64,000 nt of DNA from assembly GCA_964016885.1 (NCBI GenBank), contig OZ024741.1, forward strand, positions 160,270,001 to 160,334,000, given 5' to 3'. The DNA comes from Eledone cirrhosa. Lineage: Eukaryota. The translations under genes were made by a program, and so were the position numbers. The notes beneath the pieces are model-generated. The model was not told where the DNA came from and did not search any database. It was given only the letters and a program-made list of their open reading frames with translations. This document shows, in pieces, positions 26,960-42,034 of this stretch (its first letter is position 1; each line of letters starts with the position of its first letter).

Positions 26960-27063
26960 ATAATTTGTTATAATATTGTTATATATTGTTATAATATTGT
27001 TATATATATATAGTGAAAGAGTGAAGAATAACATGGTCGGTTGTACAGAAAGGGTTTTATTTA

Positions 27064-27178
27064 CAGTATTAACAATTGTTTCATTGATCAGGTGAGTTTA
27101 AAGGCAGCTGATCACTCGAAGTTGCGTCACTCGATCTTAAATACAGTGTGCGTCTCTGATCAAATCATCGGAATACTG
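27064..27178 (-). ncRNA. Type I hammerhead motif with long stem II insert, core CCGATGA
   Basis: CAGTATT-CCGATGA-tTTGATCAG...CTGATCAAt-GAAAC aatt GTT-AATACTG (7-bp stem I, 8-bp stem II). Confidence 0.7.
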
Positions 27179-27412
27179 GAAGGTGTAACACATGGCACTG
27201 GTATTTATAGATACATCGGAGAATCAAGTGAATTATAACCATAACACCAATAAAAAACATAATAAATATTAATAAACGTATAAAGATGTAAAAAATAAGT
27301 AAAAATTACGGTTACTGATAATAGTAGTAGTGGTGGTGGTAGTTGAAGTTATAATGGTGAGTAAGAGGATGTGTAAAATAGTGATGACAGTAATGATAAT
27401 AAAATGATTATT

Positions 27413-29282
27413 TATAGTAATAATTATCTAGATACATATGACCTTAGCAATATGAGCCCTACAAGACCAGCAAGAGGTCATTACCATTACCTCAATGGCC
27501 AAGAAAACCCACACAGATAGATGGAACGGGTGGACCAGAGCCATACGGACCCCCGAAAACCACGATGAACTAAAGAAAATGATTGCACATGCGGTGGGGG
27601 GCCAGTATAAAATTAACCCTTAAGAAACATATGTTCAAATTTAATGGAAAAACATATGCCCAAGAGGAGGGAGCAGCCATTGGTGTTAGCATTGCAGGCA
27701 ACATAGCTAACCTATTCATGGTATGGTGGGACAGTAGACTTAAACTTAAACTTAAAGAACAATTAGAAGACAGCAACCTCTTAACTCCCGCTACGTTGAT
27801 GATATAAACATCATAGTAAAAACACCCCCACTAGAGAACAGTCAGTAAATAGAGAAAACACCATGGAAAGCATCCAGCAAATAGCTAACTCCATCCACCA
27901 GAGTATTAGAGTTACTATAGACTACCCAAGCAAACACCCCAAACATCGATTACCTGTACTAGACACAGAGCTCTGGTTAGATACCATTAATAACAAAAAA
28001 CAAATCCTCCATTCCCATTATGCCAAACCCATGACTTCCAAATATCTGATCCACCGAAACTCAGCTGTTTCGGACAACACCAAAATCAACATACTGATTG
28101 CGGATTTGGTACGGGTGATGAGAAACGTGTCCCGCATGTGCAACCCCAAAGAACTAGAGAGACACATACAACACTTCATCCACCGGAGAGATAAAATCAG
28201 AGTATATGGAGGAGCCAGAACCAAATGGGGGAAAAATGGTAAATAATGATACAAATGGGACCTGCCCGTTGTATAGGAGCAAATTTTGGAATAGAATAGA
28301 AAGAACTAGGAATAAGGTTAATAGAATAAACTCATGGTATGATAGCAATAAATACCAGAGTGTAATGTTCAATACAACCCCTAGAGGTGAATTAGCTTAC
28401 AAATTTAGAAGGGCCCTAGATAAATATAAACTCAATATTAAGATAGTAGAAAGACCAGGTACCTCCATAAAATCAGTTATTAGCAATACATACCCTTTTC
28501 AAAGACCTCCCTGTATAGATAAGAAATGTATAATCTGTAAACTAAGCCTCCATATTAACTGTAAAACTAGAAATGTAGTATATAGCATAAGATGTACTGA
28601 AGGAAAATGTAGAGATAAGAATATAGTGTACATAGGTGAGACAGCTCGTAGTATAGGGGAACGGATAAATGAACACTGGCGAGACCTTCAAGATAGTAAA
28701 GAATCATCTGTACTATCTGTACCAACATACTAAAATAGAACAATAGGGTAAATTAGAGAACATAGAAATAAAAATAGAATCTACACACAGAAAAGACGCA
28801 ATGTTTAGACAAATCACAGAGGCAATAAACATAAATGAACTCCAACCAAAATTAAATAGAAAGCATGAATGGAATAGCAACATCACAACTTACAATTAAG
28901 GACAAAATGGAAACACACACACATAGAACAAACAACCAACCAGTAACATGTAAATAAACAAATAAATAAACAAATATAAAACACAGAGACACCCGGATGT
29001 AACACATGCGCAAACTAAGCACACAACAGACACAAAAATAAGGTGGCGTAGGACAGAACAAAGGAGAGGCACAAAAACAAAGAAAAGAATCCCCAGTCAC
29101 TGAAGAGGTCACAGAATGTGTGACGAAAGAACTTTGACAATATACGAACAATCGTCTGGTTGTGGAACCAACCAACCGGAAATTTATAAATTCCTAAATT
29201 TATAAATTTAATTTATAATAAATTGAAGTGAAAGCAACTGGTGGGTGTGTTTCTTATTGGCAACATGACCCTCCCAAAGTAT

Positions 29283-29288
<6 letters not shown>
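27413..29288 (+). mobile_element. Penelope-like element, 5'-truncated, decayed (RT + GIY-YIG), with terminal HHR at 29096-29138
   Basis: YAQEEGAAIGVSIA, LPVLDT, PCIDKKCIIC, NCKTRNVVYSIRC...YIGETARSIGERINEH across frameshifts; ends in (TA)n. Confidence 0.9.
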
Positions 29289-29328
<40 letters not shown>

Positions 29329-29668
29329 AGATACTATTTATAGTTATGTTATTTTAAACTTTTTATAGTTATGTATATTTTAAACTATAAACAGGGAAGA
29401 TCAGTAATTTATTACTACCTTATTACCAATAAGATAATTAGCTCAATGTAATAACATCAGTTGTTCTACAGGGCAGTTATATAGAATTCACAAGAATCAA
29501 AGCTATGTTCAAGCACTGAAAAATGGTCCGAACACTCCAAGCCTAGGTTTGGATAAAACAATTGTAAGTGAATAAATGCCTTGAACATAGCTTTGATTCT
29601 TGTGAATTCTATATATATATATAGTGACAAAACATAAGTCAATTGCATGAACTCATAATCCTTTATTT

Positions 29669-29724
29669 ACTGCTATATATAATTCGATGATAGCCATTGA
29701 ATGGCTATGACCTCATCAGGCAGT
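29669..29724 (-). ncRNA. Hammerhead motif (family of 13715), GAAA changed to GAAT
   Basis: ACTGC-CTGATGA-GGT c ATAGCCA ttcaa TGGCTAT c ATC-GAAT tatatata-GCAGT. Confidence 0.6.
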
Positions 29725-29790
29725 TAGTCAGTTCTTAGATATGCCAGCTCTGTGTTTATAGTGTTGATGGTATCAGAGCCTTGGGACATA

Positions 29791-29936
<146 letters not shown>

Positions 29937-30494
29937 GAGAGAGAAGAATGCATACTGGCCGAAACCTATCAAAGTTATGTGGATATGATATATATAGATA
30001 TATGTGTGTCTGTGTGTGTGCGTGTGTGTGTATGTATGTATGTATATCAACAAGTTCCCCACTCTTTATTCATTCTGTCAAAATGTGAACTTTTTAATGA
30101 GAAAATCAGCAGGCGTTATTTAAGTAGTGTAAATGAAAATCTTTATCTAAACAGAGGGAAAGTGAGAGTGTGAGAGAGAGAGTGGGGAGAGAGAGCAGGA
30201 GAGAGAGAGAAAGAGAGAAGGGAGATCAACTGGATCCCAGATTTATTTGTTCAAATTGTCAATAGGATGCATTGAGAAATGCAAACGTAACCGCAGCGTA
30301 AAGCCGATCTATTTCAAACCTTCGCCCTTCATCACAGACATCATCATCGCGGATGACACGAAGCAGTGATTTTTGTTGGTTTTCCTTGATTTTGGTGACT
30401 TTCGTATTACTTCATAAGCGTACATATATGCACATGTATATGTACATATATATGCACACATACATGCACATACACACATATATATATGTGTGTG

Positions 30495-30554
<60 letters not shown>

Positions 30555-30630
30555 TGTGTGTGTGCGCGCGCGTGTGTGTGTGTGTATGTATATAAATATA
30601 AATATAAATATATTTATATATATATATGTA

Positions 30631-30720
<90 letters not shown>

Positions 30721-30723
30721 AAC

Positions 30724-30757
<34 letters not shown>

Positions 30758-31339
30758 GTATGTATATATATATACATATACATATATTTATATGAACACA
30801 CATTCGCACACATGTATATATTCTGTTGACATAATATTTCTCATGATGAATTAAATGTAATCATAGTTCTCCTCTCTCTCTCTCTATCTATCTATCTATC
30901 TCTCTCTCTCTATCTCTATCTCTATCTCTCTCTCGCTCTCGCTCTCTCTCTTTCTCTTTCTCTCTTTTCATAACGAATGACTGAAGAGACTGACAACAAG
31001 AGATTAAGACCTCAAATATTGGTGAAATCCAACACAATCTGTGCACATCGTGTTTCCTTTTATCGTATTTGACCGATTTCATTCAGTATTGTTTGTTTTT
31101 GTTGTTATTGTTTTTCTTTATCGCTCGCTGCAAAGAGTGGTTAAAACAACATATAACATTCTCTCAAAATTAGATTTGATATACCGCTTTCTATCCACAC
31201 GAGAAGTAGTTATTAAGTTATCTTATTTTTCAAGTGTTTGTAATAAATATCTTCTGTAAAACGGTAACTATTATGTGATCTAGCGCACGCGGCTTTATTT
31301 GACTTTTTCTGATAGGAGAAACCCGAAGGTTAGCTAATG

Positions 31340-31730
31340 GAAGAAAAATCCAAGAATGTACAACATCCTTATAAAGCTCTTGAAACACGGAGAGGCAGAA
31401 CATATCAAGCCATTGACAGTTACCTGTCAGGAGATAGGGAAAGCGGTCGCAGTCATGAGACCTGTCCAATCCTTGATGCTGATGATCCAGGGCTCTGAGG
31501 AAGTATTAGGCATCATTTTCAAAACAATTCTCCAAAACACTGATAAAAAAGGGTGAAGAATAGGCAAACAAGTAAAACACTGTACCGTCAACATCATAGA
31601 CTGGACAGGTCTCATGACTGCAACAGGTTTGTGGATGACAGGGGAGAGAAGTCAGTTGCGATTCCTGACTTCCAGAACATCAAGAGTAGCGCCTTAATGA
31701 GTTGCTTCAACAGTTACGAGAAGATGCTGA
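31340..31730 (+). pseudogene. Highly decayed RTE-type reverse transcriptase fragment
   Basis: NILIKLLKHGEAEHIKPLTVTCQEI...QSL resembles RTE DNIPAELLKHG..ALT..CQKIW..TQSL; interrupted by a small inverted duplication (31448-31480 / 31590-31622). Confidence 0.45.
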
Positions 31731-31734
31731 TGCT

Positions 31735-31912
31735 GATAATTGTTTCTACTTTTGGCACAAGGCCAGCAAATTACTCAGTACATTACTGGTACTTTATTTG
31801 ATCGACCCCGTAAGGATGAAAGGCAAAGTTAACCTCGACGGGACTTGAATTCAGACCGTAAAAGGACGTAACTATGCTGGAAAGCATGGCGTCCTACCCT
31901 CTACCGATACTG
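31735..31912 (-). mobile_element. tRNA-derived SINE
   Basis: Reverse complement of the 9356 family. Confidence 0.85.
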
Positions 31913-32104
31913 ATACTGATAATGATGATCTGTATGTGTGTGTGTGTTTGCTTTGACCAATATTCACTTTGTATCGTAACCAATATATCTAAAAGTAAAA
32001 ATTACAACGAACTTCTCGATCTAAATTAAAGCACATATTATGTGACGAGAGGCCGGCGGTATTTTTTCTTTCTCTTTCTCTACATGATTATATCTGTCTC
32101 TTTT

Positions 32105-32141
<37 letters not shown>

Positions 32142-32184
32142 TTATCTCTATCTATCTATATATATATCTATCTCTCGCTCGAGT

Positions 32185-32255
<71 letters not shown>

Positions 32256-32256
32256 T

Positions 32257-32361
<105 letters not shown>

Positions 32362-32734
32362 CATTTTAACACATCATTAAATATTCATATATCTGCGTGT
32401 GTATGTGTGCGTGTCAGTACAAATATATGTGACTGAATGTCTATGTGTACGTGATTAAGTTGTGAGAGTGTGTTAAATCTGCAAAGAAATGAAGAAACCA
32501 AAAATGCAGACGATGGCAGGGGATGGCGGTGTAGAAAAGCCAAAAGCAAAAGAAGTAACGTGGCATAAAAAAACAAAAACAAAACATCTAATATAAGCTT
32601 GGTTTTATATATATATATATATATACACACACATGTATGTATATATATGCATATAATATTATATATTATATTTTATATATTATATATATATGTATATATA
32701 TATATGTGTATATATGTATATATATACATGTATA

Positions 32735-32768
<34 letters not shown>

Positions 32769-33270
32769 CATACATACATACATACATACATACATACATA
32801 CATACATACATACATACATACATACATACATACATACAGATAGATAGACGTGCCAACACTTTAAAGATATCTGTACATGTTGAAATAAAATCTAGATCAA
32901 CAATTGAGAGAAAAAGAAGTGAGCAAATTTGCTTGTAATCAGATAACGTAGTTTTACAAGAGATGTGATTTTTCTTCAATCTTCTATGTTAACAATAACT
33001 GAAGTGTAAGGAGTGTAAGTATGTAAGTGTGTATGTGTGGGTGTGTGTATGTGTGTATGTGAGAGTGTGTGTGTACGCTTGATTTTTTTTTTCATTCTTT
33101 TGTTATCGCTGTGTCTTGGCAATCAGTCAACTTCATTTCACACGAATTATACTTTTGACATATTCTTTCTTTTATTTTCTTTTGTACAATAAATATGACA
33201 ATATTTCATATGTAGGCACACAACGAACACCTGAGCCTCCCCACATATGTATATACATATACACACAGAG

Positions 33271-33330
<60 letters not shown>

Positions 33331-33345
33331 GTGTTTATCTATCTA

Positions 33346-33401
<56 letters not shown>

Positions 33402-33583
33402 CCGAGCATTATAAAAGATGTTCGGTGAATCCATACGTACATATATATATATGTGTGCATGTATGTATATATATATACATACTACTGTACGTCTGTATAC
33501 ATATACGTATGTACGTATACATACTTATATTTAAGCAACAGCCGTACTAAGAGTGAGAAATGAAATTTCGTTTCATTTTTTCC

Positions 33584-33650
<67 letters not shown>

Positions 33651-33744
33651 CATATATATAAATACACACATACATATATATATATATGTCTGTGTGCCTG
33701 TATGTACATATATACGCATATATGTGTGTATCTATATATGTATG

Positions 33745-33838
<94 letters not shown>

Positions 33839-33845
33839 CATACAT

Positions 33846-34729
33846 GTATATCTGGTCGATTTATACATGCTGTAGAAATATTCGCTAAATAATCCGTCGT
33901 AACCGCCGCGAAGGGGCTGCTTTCGGTTATTTGTCGGAGATTTCTTCATAGGAGCCTTTATTCTTATAGCTTGGTCTAATTGATTTTTTATATGGTTAAT
34001 TATGCTAATTGGGAGAGGAAACGGTATATATTTTATCTGGCGATTCTATAGACATGTTTTATGATATATAGCTCTGATTATTTAATTTATTAATTCTTCA
34101 TTGAACCACAAAGTGACCCGTTACAAAACACATATATATTTATGACTTTATATATATATATATATATATGTAAACCTTTATATGTAATAATCTCCCGTTA
34201 GGTTGAGATACAATTTTGGCTGTATTGGGCTGCGTTTTCTAGCAAAAAGCCTACCAGCCGTACGCAACTAATAACATCCTTTCTAACTTGACCGCTGCCA
34301 CGTCACGATTCTTAGCCACTTTTGAATGTATTCTTGGCGCGATCACTTTGGAAAATTAATTGTCTAAATTTGAGCTAACTTCCTGAAGAATCCGAAGCTC
34401 TAGATTTCCAATGTTATCGGATGTCGTAAAATGCGGATGAAACCATTGTAGAGGTAATTAAATATGTACACCTTCTTCTAGTTTATTTTACACCTAATTC
34501 TGTTTAGTTGACTGTATATCTGGTCGATTTATACATGCTGTAGAAATATTCGCTAAATAATCCGTCGTAACCGCCGCGAAGGGGCTGCTTTCGGTTATTT
34601 GTCGGAGATTTCTTCATAGGAGCCTTTATTCTTATAGCTTGGTCTAATTGATTTTTTATATGGTTAATTATACTATTTGGGAGAGGAAATGGTATATATT
34701 TTATCTGGCGATTCTATAGACATGTTTTA

Positions 34730-34733
<4 letters not shown>
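33846..34733 (+). mobile_element. ~668-bp unit in partial tandem (~1.3 copies) with intact-looking hammerhead
   Basis: Direct repeat 33846/34514. HHR 34378-34455: ACTTC-CTGAAGA-ATCCG...CGGAT-GAAAC catt GTA-GAGGT. Flanked by (TA)n. Confidence 0.75.
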
Positions 34734-34818
<85 letters not shown>

Positions 34819-35226
34819 TGTATGTATATGCATTCGTATTGAGACGCACGTTTACATGCCTATATATGTCAGTTTTTGTGTGTTTGAGGAAATGATGTGT
34901 ATACATAAAAATGCAGTATATATTGTTTTTTGCAAAGTAAATAAACGACAAAAAATATGCAGGAGAGTCAATAGATAAATCTCAAAATGTTATATATATA
35001 AATCAGATACAAACATACCCATACTCACTCATACTCACACACACACTCACTCACATGCACCCGCACATGCACAGACACATTTATATATAATATATATATA
35101 AATATATATATATATATGTATGTATATACATATATATATGTATATATATATATATATGTATATACATATATATGTATACATATACTCACACACGCACTCA
35201 CAACACTCACACACATACACCCGCAT

Positions 35227-35319
<93 letters not shown>

Positions 35320-35521
35320 GGTGTTAAAGTTTGCTTGAGGCATTGTGAAATGTGTAAAATATGTTGATTGGCGTGAGCCCGAAATATTGGGATTAAATCT
35401 CCACTACGGTAACCCTTTTACCTTTGTTTTGTTTTCATTTTCATTTTCACTTTTCTCCTATTTCTCACTCACTTCTTACCTCGAGATTTCCCATCTGCAT
35501 TGTTGTGGCTTTCTAAACTAC

Positions 35522-35585
<64 letters not shown>

Positions 35586-35787
35586 CATATATATATATGT
35601 GTGTGTATGCGGGTGTATGTGTGTGAGTGTTGTGAGTGCGTGTGTGAGTATATGTATACATATATACATATATATGTATATATATATATACACACATATG
35701 AATATATATATGCATACATACATACATATATACACACACTCCCTCTTTGTTCACACGCATGTAAATATATATATCACATATATATAT

Positions 35788-35832
<45 letters not shown>

Positions 35833-35877
35833 TACGTATATATATATATATATTTATTTATTTATTACTATATTTAT

Positions 35878-35945
<68 letters not shown>

Positions 35946-35959
35946 GATATATATATATA

Positions 35960-36033
<74 letters not shown>

Positions 36034-36560
36034 GAATAAGGAAAAGCGAAGTAGTTTCAGATGTTCAAGTCCTTTAATAACAACGCTGTGATATATATTT
36101 CAATGGTGACACTGGCCACACTGTTCTGTGTGCGAGTGTCGTGACATCATCAGACAGCTTGTTACATAATAAGGTTATGTTTCCGAGGCAATCCAAATTG
36201 AATCGACATGGGAACGGATGAAATGCGTGCCTTTGGGTCTCTCACCCGTTCCCCTGTGAGTACCAATTCACTCCCACCGGTCTGCGCATGCGCATGTCCG
36301 AAGGAAGTTGACCATTAGCTACCGCAGATTTCAACGAAATTCGCTTAGTCAGGTCACCCTCTCAGCCACACAATGGCTCGTATCACAGTTTACTGCTACC
36401 CATCCCGACTGTGGCAGTCAGCCGAAAGCCAAAGGGGATGGGATAGTGTTAGTTCCTACTTCGCTTTTCCTTATTCGATATTTACTCCATCACTCCTATG
36501 TGGAAAAAGTACGTTGAGTGCTTGAATTGAATTGCATCAATATTTACCCTAATAATTATA
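36034..36560 (-). mobile_element. HHR element in (TA)n with short inverted segment
   Basis: Minus HHR 36085-36158: GCTGT-CTGATGA-..GACACT..AGTGTC..-GAAAT atat ATC-ACAGC. gaataaggaaaagcgaagtag is inverted at 36456-36476. Confidence 0.7.
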
Positions 36561-36567
36561 TATATAC

Positions 36568-36673
<106 letters not shown>

Positions 36674-37894
36674 TATTTATACTAGTTATCAGAAAATGTA
36701 GTTGCTTAGTCAGCCATTTTAAGTTTTCCGTTCATGATTGTCTGTCAACGTTAACTATTTAGGTAACTACGCTGAGTATACTAAGATATATATTTATCCT
36801 TTCTATTATCTATCAGTCCATCCATCTATCTATTTAACAATCTATTAGCCTATAAATCTCCCGGCCTCTTTATCGTTCTATCAGTCAAGCTGGCTTGAAA
36901 AAATTGTGCTTCGCTGGTGGAGTTTAATACCACCGAAACATGTCGGCAGGTCTAAGTTTATCTGCTTTGAGCGTTACTAATAATTACTACTGGATGTTTG
37001 TATTATTTCTCCTGCTTAGAGACAAATTTTGATTAATTGAAACATTTTTGAGTACGTCATTCGGTATACAATCATCCCTAAAGTCTATCAACCTATCGCT
37101 CTTTCAATCAATTAGTTTTCTAGTTTATCGATCTTTCAATCTATTTATCTTTCAATGGTCAGTCTATCATTCTGTCAAGCTATCAGAATTTTACTCTGTT
37201 AAGAAGGTTGTTGACTTAAGAGGAATTAAGAAAATTGCATAATTGAAATGTATGCATCAGACACAAATGACCATATTAATAGTCGACCACTATAAATAAT
37301 TGTTTCTACTTTTAGCACAAGGTCACCAATTATCCCAGTGCATTACTGGTACTTTATTTTATTGACCCTGTAAGGATGAAAGGCAAAGTTATTTGGGAAA
37401 TCGGAGACGGAAAAATATGGACAGAAGCGCCTATGAGGAATCGAACTCTGCATCTCGCAGATGCGTGCCTCAACCACTACGCTAAAGAGCGACTGACAAT
37501 CAATTTCTATATATTACTTTGTTAATATATTAAACTATCGATCTATTAATATCTCTGTTTATTACCCTATCAAGCTGTCACTCAATTAATTTATCAATCT
37601 ATAAATCTATCAGTCTATAGTTTGTCGGTTTGTCTGTCATCAACCTATAAATCTATCAATCAATCGTTTTATGAATCTATCAATTTATCAAACTATAAAT
37701 CTATCACTTTGCCAATTTATCAATGTATCAATATCCAAGTCTCTCAATCAATCACTAAGTCTATTCATCAATCAGTCCTACTATATCAATATATTTTTCT
37801 AGGAATCTATCAATATGAGAATTTATCAATCTACTAATTTATCAATCCACCGAGCTATTAGTATCTCAGGCTATCAGTCTATTAATAGGATGTT

Positions 37895-38100
37895 TAATTT
37901 AGGCCCAAAGCCTAAATTTATAGGGAGGGAAAATTGATTAAATCCACCCCAGTACGTTATTATATCGATATTGTTATTTTAACGACCGTGGAGTGATGAA
38001 AGACAAAGTTGAACTCAATGGGATTCAAACTCAGAACATAGAGCTCCGTAATTAAATGCTGCAAAACATTTTGTCTGACGCTCTAACGAATCTTGCCAGC
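37895..38100 (-). mobile_element. Decayed SINE (another fragment at 37296-37392)
   Basis: gatgaaagacaaagttgaactc...gggattcaaactcagaac. Confidence 0.65.
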
Positions 38101-38781
38101 AGTTTGTTAGTGTATCAAGTTAGTCAGTTAGACGAATAGCCAGATAATTTGATATGTCTTAATAATAAAATATCCTGGCTTTGAGACACCGAGGTTGAGT
38201 TAATTACTTTATAACTCTCTCACGGCCCCTAACCTGCCAGCTCGTTCCATAGTCTGCAGTTAGATGAAAGATGGACTCCAGCATGCTGCCTTGATTTTAA
38301 CACTACATACATCTTCAGTGATGATCGAATGAACATACTATGAAAAAGGAGGAAGTTGTAGTTAAGAAAATAGTGTTTATTTTAGAGGGTTATGGTAATG
38401 CAAATAGGGCATCAAATGTTAAACAATAAACGATAGGAAAGTTGTTGGAATATTAACTTGAAGGTGTTTATTTGGTCTTTAATATTTCGGGAGAAAATCC
38501 CTTCGCCAAAGGAAAGGTTGTGGAAACTATGTCGGATCAGGATAACTTATACTGTACTAATGCTGATAGTTTTCAATCAGATTGATGTAGACCACTAAAA
38601 AGCACAATTTTCTAGTCTATAAAAAGTCCCAATATATAAATCTATGTGTATGTATGTATGTATGTATGTATGTATGTATGTATGTATGTATGTATGTATG
38701 TATGTATGTATGTATGTATGTATGTACGCATGTGTGTATGTGTGTACGCATGTGTGTGTGTGTGCGTGTGTTTGTGTGTGC

Positions 38782-38812
<31 letters not shown>

Positions 38813-38826
38813 CGTGTGTTTGTGTT

Positions 38827-38929
<103 letters not shown>

Positions 38930-39122
38930 ATATATGTTTCAGAAGTGGCTTTCTTCATATTAACTATGTATATGTATATATGTATGGATGTGTGCTTGTA
39001 TGTATGCATATGTGTATGTATGAATGTGTTTTATGTGCGTATGTATGTATGCGTTATATGTGTGTATGTATGAATGTGTATATGTATATAAATATATGTA
39101 TATATGTGTGTATGCATACAAC

Positions 39123-39170
<48 letters not shown>

Positions 39171-39241
39171 TGTATGTATGCATGTATATAAGTATATGTA
39201 TATGTATATATGTACATATGGATGAGTTATATGTGTACATG

Positions 39242-39465
39242 CAGTGGCGGACTGGGTCTAAAAATATCGGTTGCCAGGGGATGAAGGGGGCCCACCTACA
39301 TATAGAATGCTATCATTTAATTTTTATAATGAATAAATAACATTTTCCAAAAATACATAAGTGGAAACAAAACAGTGCATGAAATTTTTGCGGAAAAATA
39401 TCTTACCTTCCCCAATAAAAAATATTATGTATTTTGCGAAATCCAGAGACTTTCAATAATGACCA
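39242..39465 (+). mobile_element. hAT-type MITE end (second copy at 40236-40440)
   Basis: Both copies start CAGTGGCGGACT, typical of hAT TIRs, and share ~200 bp. No matching right TIR found. Confidence 0.5.
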
Positions 39466-40139
39466 GAGGTCGACTCTAAATATTACTAATTGCTCTAGGA
39501 AAGCCATGAACGACACCACATCTTTTTAAATTTGATTTGGAAAGTAGGTTTATAATTATCAATTTTCATTATGCTTTTGTAGCTGTCTCGGTGGCCTAGT
39601 TGGAGGAACCGTAGACGGTGGTGATCCAGGTCCAAAGTTCGATCATGGTCGGGAGTAGGGTTTCCGGTAAACCTTTTCAATTTTTTCTATTGGTTGTAAA
39701 ATAAAAACTGAAAAAGCTTACATGTATCTCTTGACCAGGATCGAGCCTAAGTACAGGATCTCTACCGTCTCTAGTACTTACCGCCAGGCCACAGAGACAA
39801 CTACGAATACCGAATCAAAATTCATACTTATAAACCTACTTTCAAAATTTTCAAAATAAAGCGTTGTGGTGTCGTTCATGTATTTCTTAATGTTATTGTT
39901 CCTACTTAAGGTCGACTTCTAAATCATTTGGGTGTTCCATCCGCGTTTTGTTTCTCATCTATCTAGTCTACATTTTAACCTGTAATCCAAGTTTCATTTC
40001 CGTTCCACCTCATTTCTCTCACCCACCTCTCTCTTTTTCTCTCTGTGATATATGAATCCACTATGATTTGGGCTCACCTTATTCCTATATATATATGTTT
40101 TTGCATGTCAGTTAGATTCTAACTTACAATGATTGACAT

Positions 40140-40235
<96 letters not shown>

Positions 40236-40460
40236 CAGTGGCGGACTAGGTCTAAAAATATTACTTGCCAGATGAAGGGGGCCCACCTATATATAGAATG
40301 TTATCATTTAGTTTTTGTAATGAATAAATAACATTTTTTTTTAAATACATAAGTGCAATCAAATTTTTGCGGAAAAATATCTTACCTTCTCCAATAAAAA
40401 ATATGTATTTTGCGAAATCCAAAGACTTTCAATAATGACTTTTGGTCTTTCACTCTCACT

Positions 40461-40491
<31 letters not shown>

Positions 40492-40663
40492 ACGAAGGAA
40501 GTGTGGTAAGGAACCAGATGAACCATAACGCACCAGAGTACTCAATACTTAGGGTAGTAGAGTGGGTAATAAGAAAATGTTTAACCCCGGGGTTAAACAT
40601 TTTCCTATATATATATATATACAATATATTAACAAATGGAAACTATATTTATAAAACCATATT

Positions 40664-40729
40664 TATTTTATTATACATATTTCAAGAGCCTTCAAGGCAA
40701 ATTATGGTGCGCTTTCATCAGATAAAATA
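40664..40729 (-). ncRNA. Type I hammerhead motif
   Basis: TATTTTAT-CTGATGA-AAGcGC..GCtCTT-GAAAT atgt ATA-ATAAAATA (8-bp stem I). Confidence 0.7.
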
Positions 40730-40936
40730 CAATACAGATTAGTTTTATAAATAAATATTGACATACCCTGAAAAAAGACAACCTGAACGGTTGGAGCTTC
40801 CGGGATAGTGGAGATATTACATTTATTGAGGGTGATAGAAAGTTATGATTGAGTATGCAAATGAGTGTCCGAAAGGTTGAAAAGATAACGGTTTATTTAA
40901 ATTAAACTGTTGGAAGAAGGTGATATTGTGAGGGAG

Positions 40937-41085
<149 letters not shown>

Positions 41086-41353
41086 AGGAAAGCACGAACG
41101 GGAGAAAATTTTCCTTCATCAGTTGTCTGCTGGGGATCATGGATATTTCTACGCACTAAAGACAAGATATCTAGCTCCAGTGCGTCAATAACTAAAGGAA
41201 GGGGGTGGGGGGGGGGGATATATAATAGAAGAGAAAGGGGAAGAAAAAGGAAAAAACAGCGAAAAAAACGGAAAACAACAAACCGAAGAGGGGAAACCCG
41301 AAGTGCGAAAAAATTAAAGTCGACATCAACTACTGAGCTTAAGTCCGAGGCTG

Positions 41354-41459
<106 letters not shown>

Positions 41460-42034
41460 TATACATATCTATATCTATCTATATATATATATATATATAT
41501 AAGCAAAAGGGATATTCAATTTGTTGGTAATTCAACGAATATAAATGTTTATAACTGATTCAGATCACTCGACAGAGTTTCTGGAGTATATATATATGAC
41601 CCCGCACGTGGGTTCAGATAACGGTCAGTTCCCTAGCTTTGCATAGAACTAAATACCTGTTGAAAAAGTGACTTCCTTGTTCGATCATCATACCAAAAGC
41701 TTAACATTATTTGTTTAAGCAGACAGTACCTGATTTAGGAGTTGCAGAAACCCCATATTGGATTTTACCACTGTTTCCTGGGGTCCGGGTATAATTTTCA
41801 ATCATATTTTATTATTTGTTTGACCCGAATAGCTTGCTCGCTTCTATGGCTTTGCGGTTAATGGTTTAACCATCGTCTCAGTGTGTTTGGCCTTTTAACG
41901 TATGTTTATTGCTCTAGTTCACTCGTTTCTTTTGAATGCTTGCCACACAATTCGGAAGTTGTTTTTCGCTAATTTCCAATAGCCGAAATGCGATTCTCGC
42001 TAATTTATAATTGTATATATATATATATATATAT

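Noticed and set aside
36925-36950. GGTG..CACC-GAAACATGTC 3' half of a hammerhead
   Set aside because: The CTGANGA half is absent; not counted
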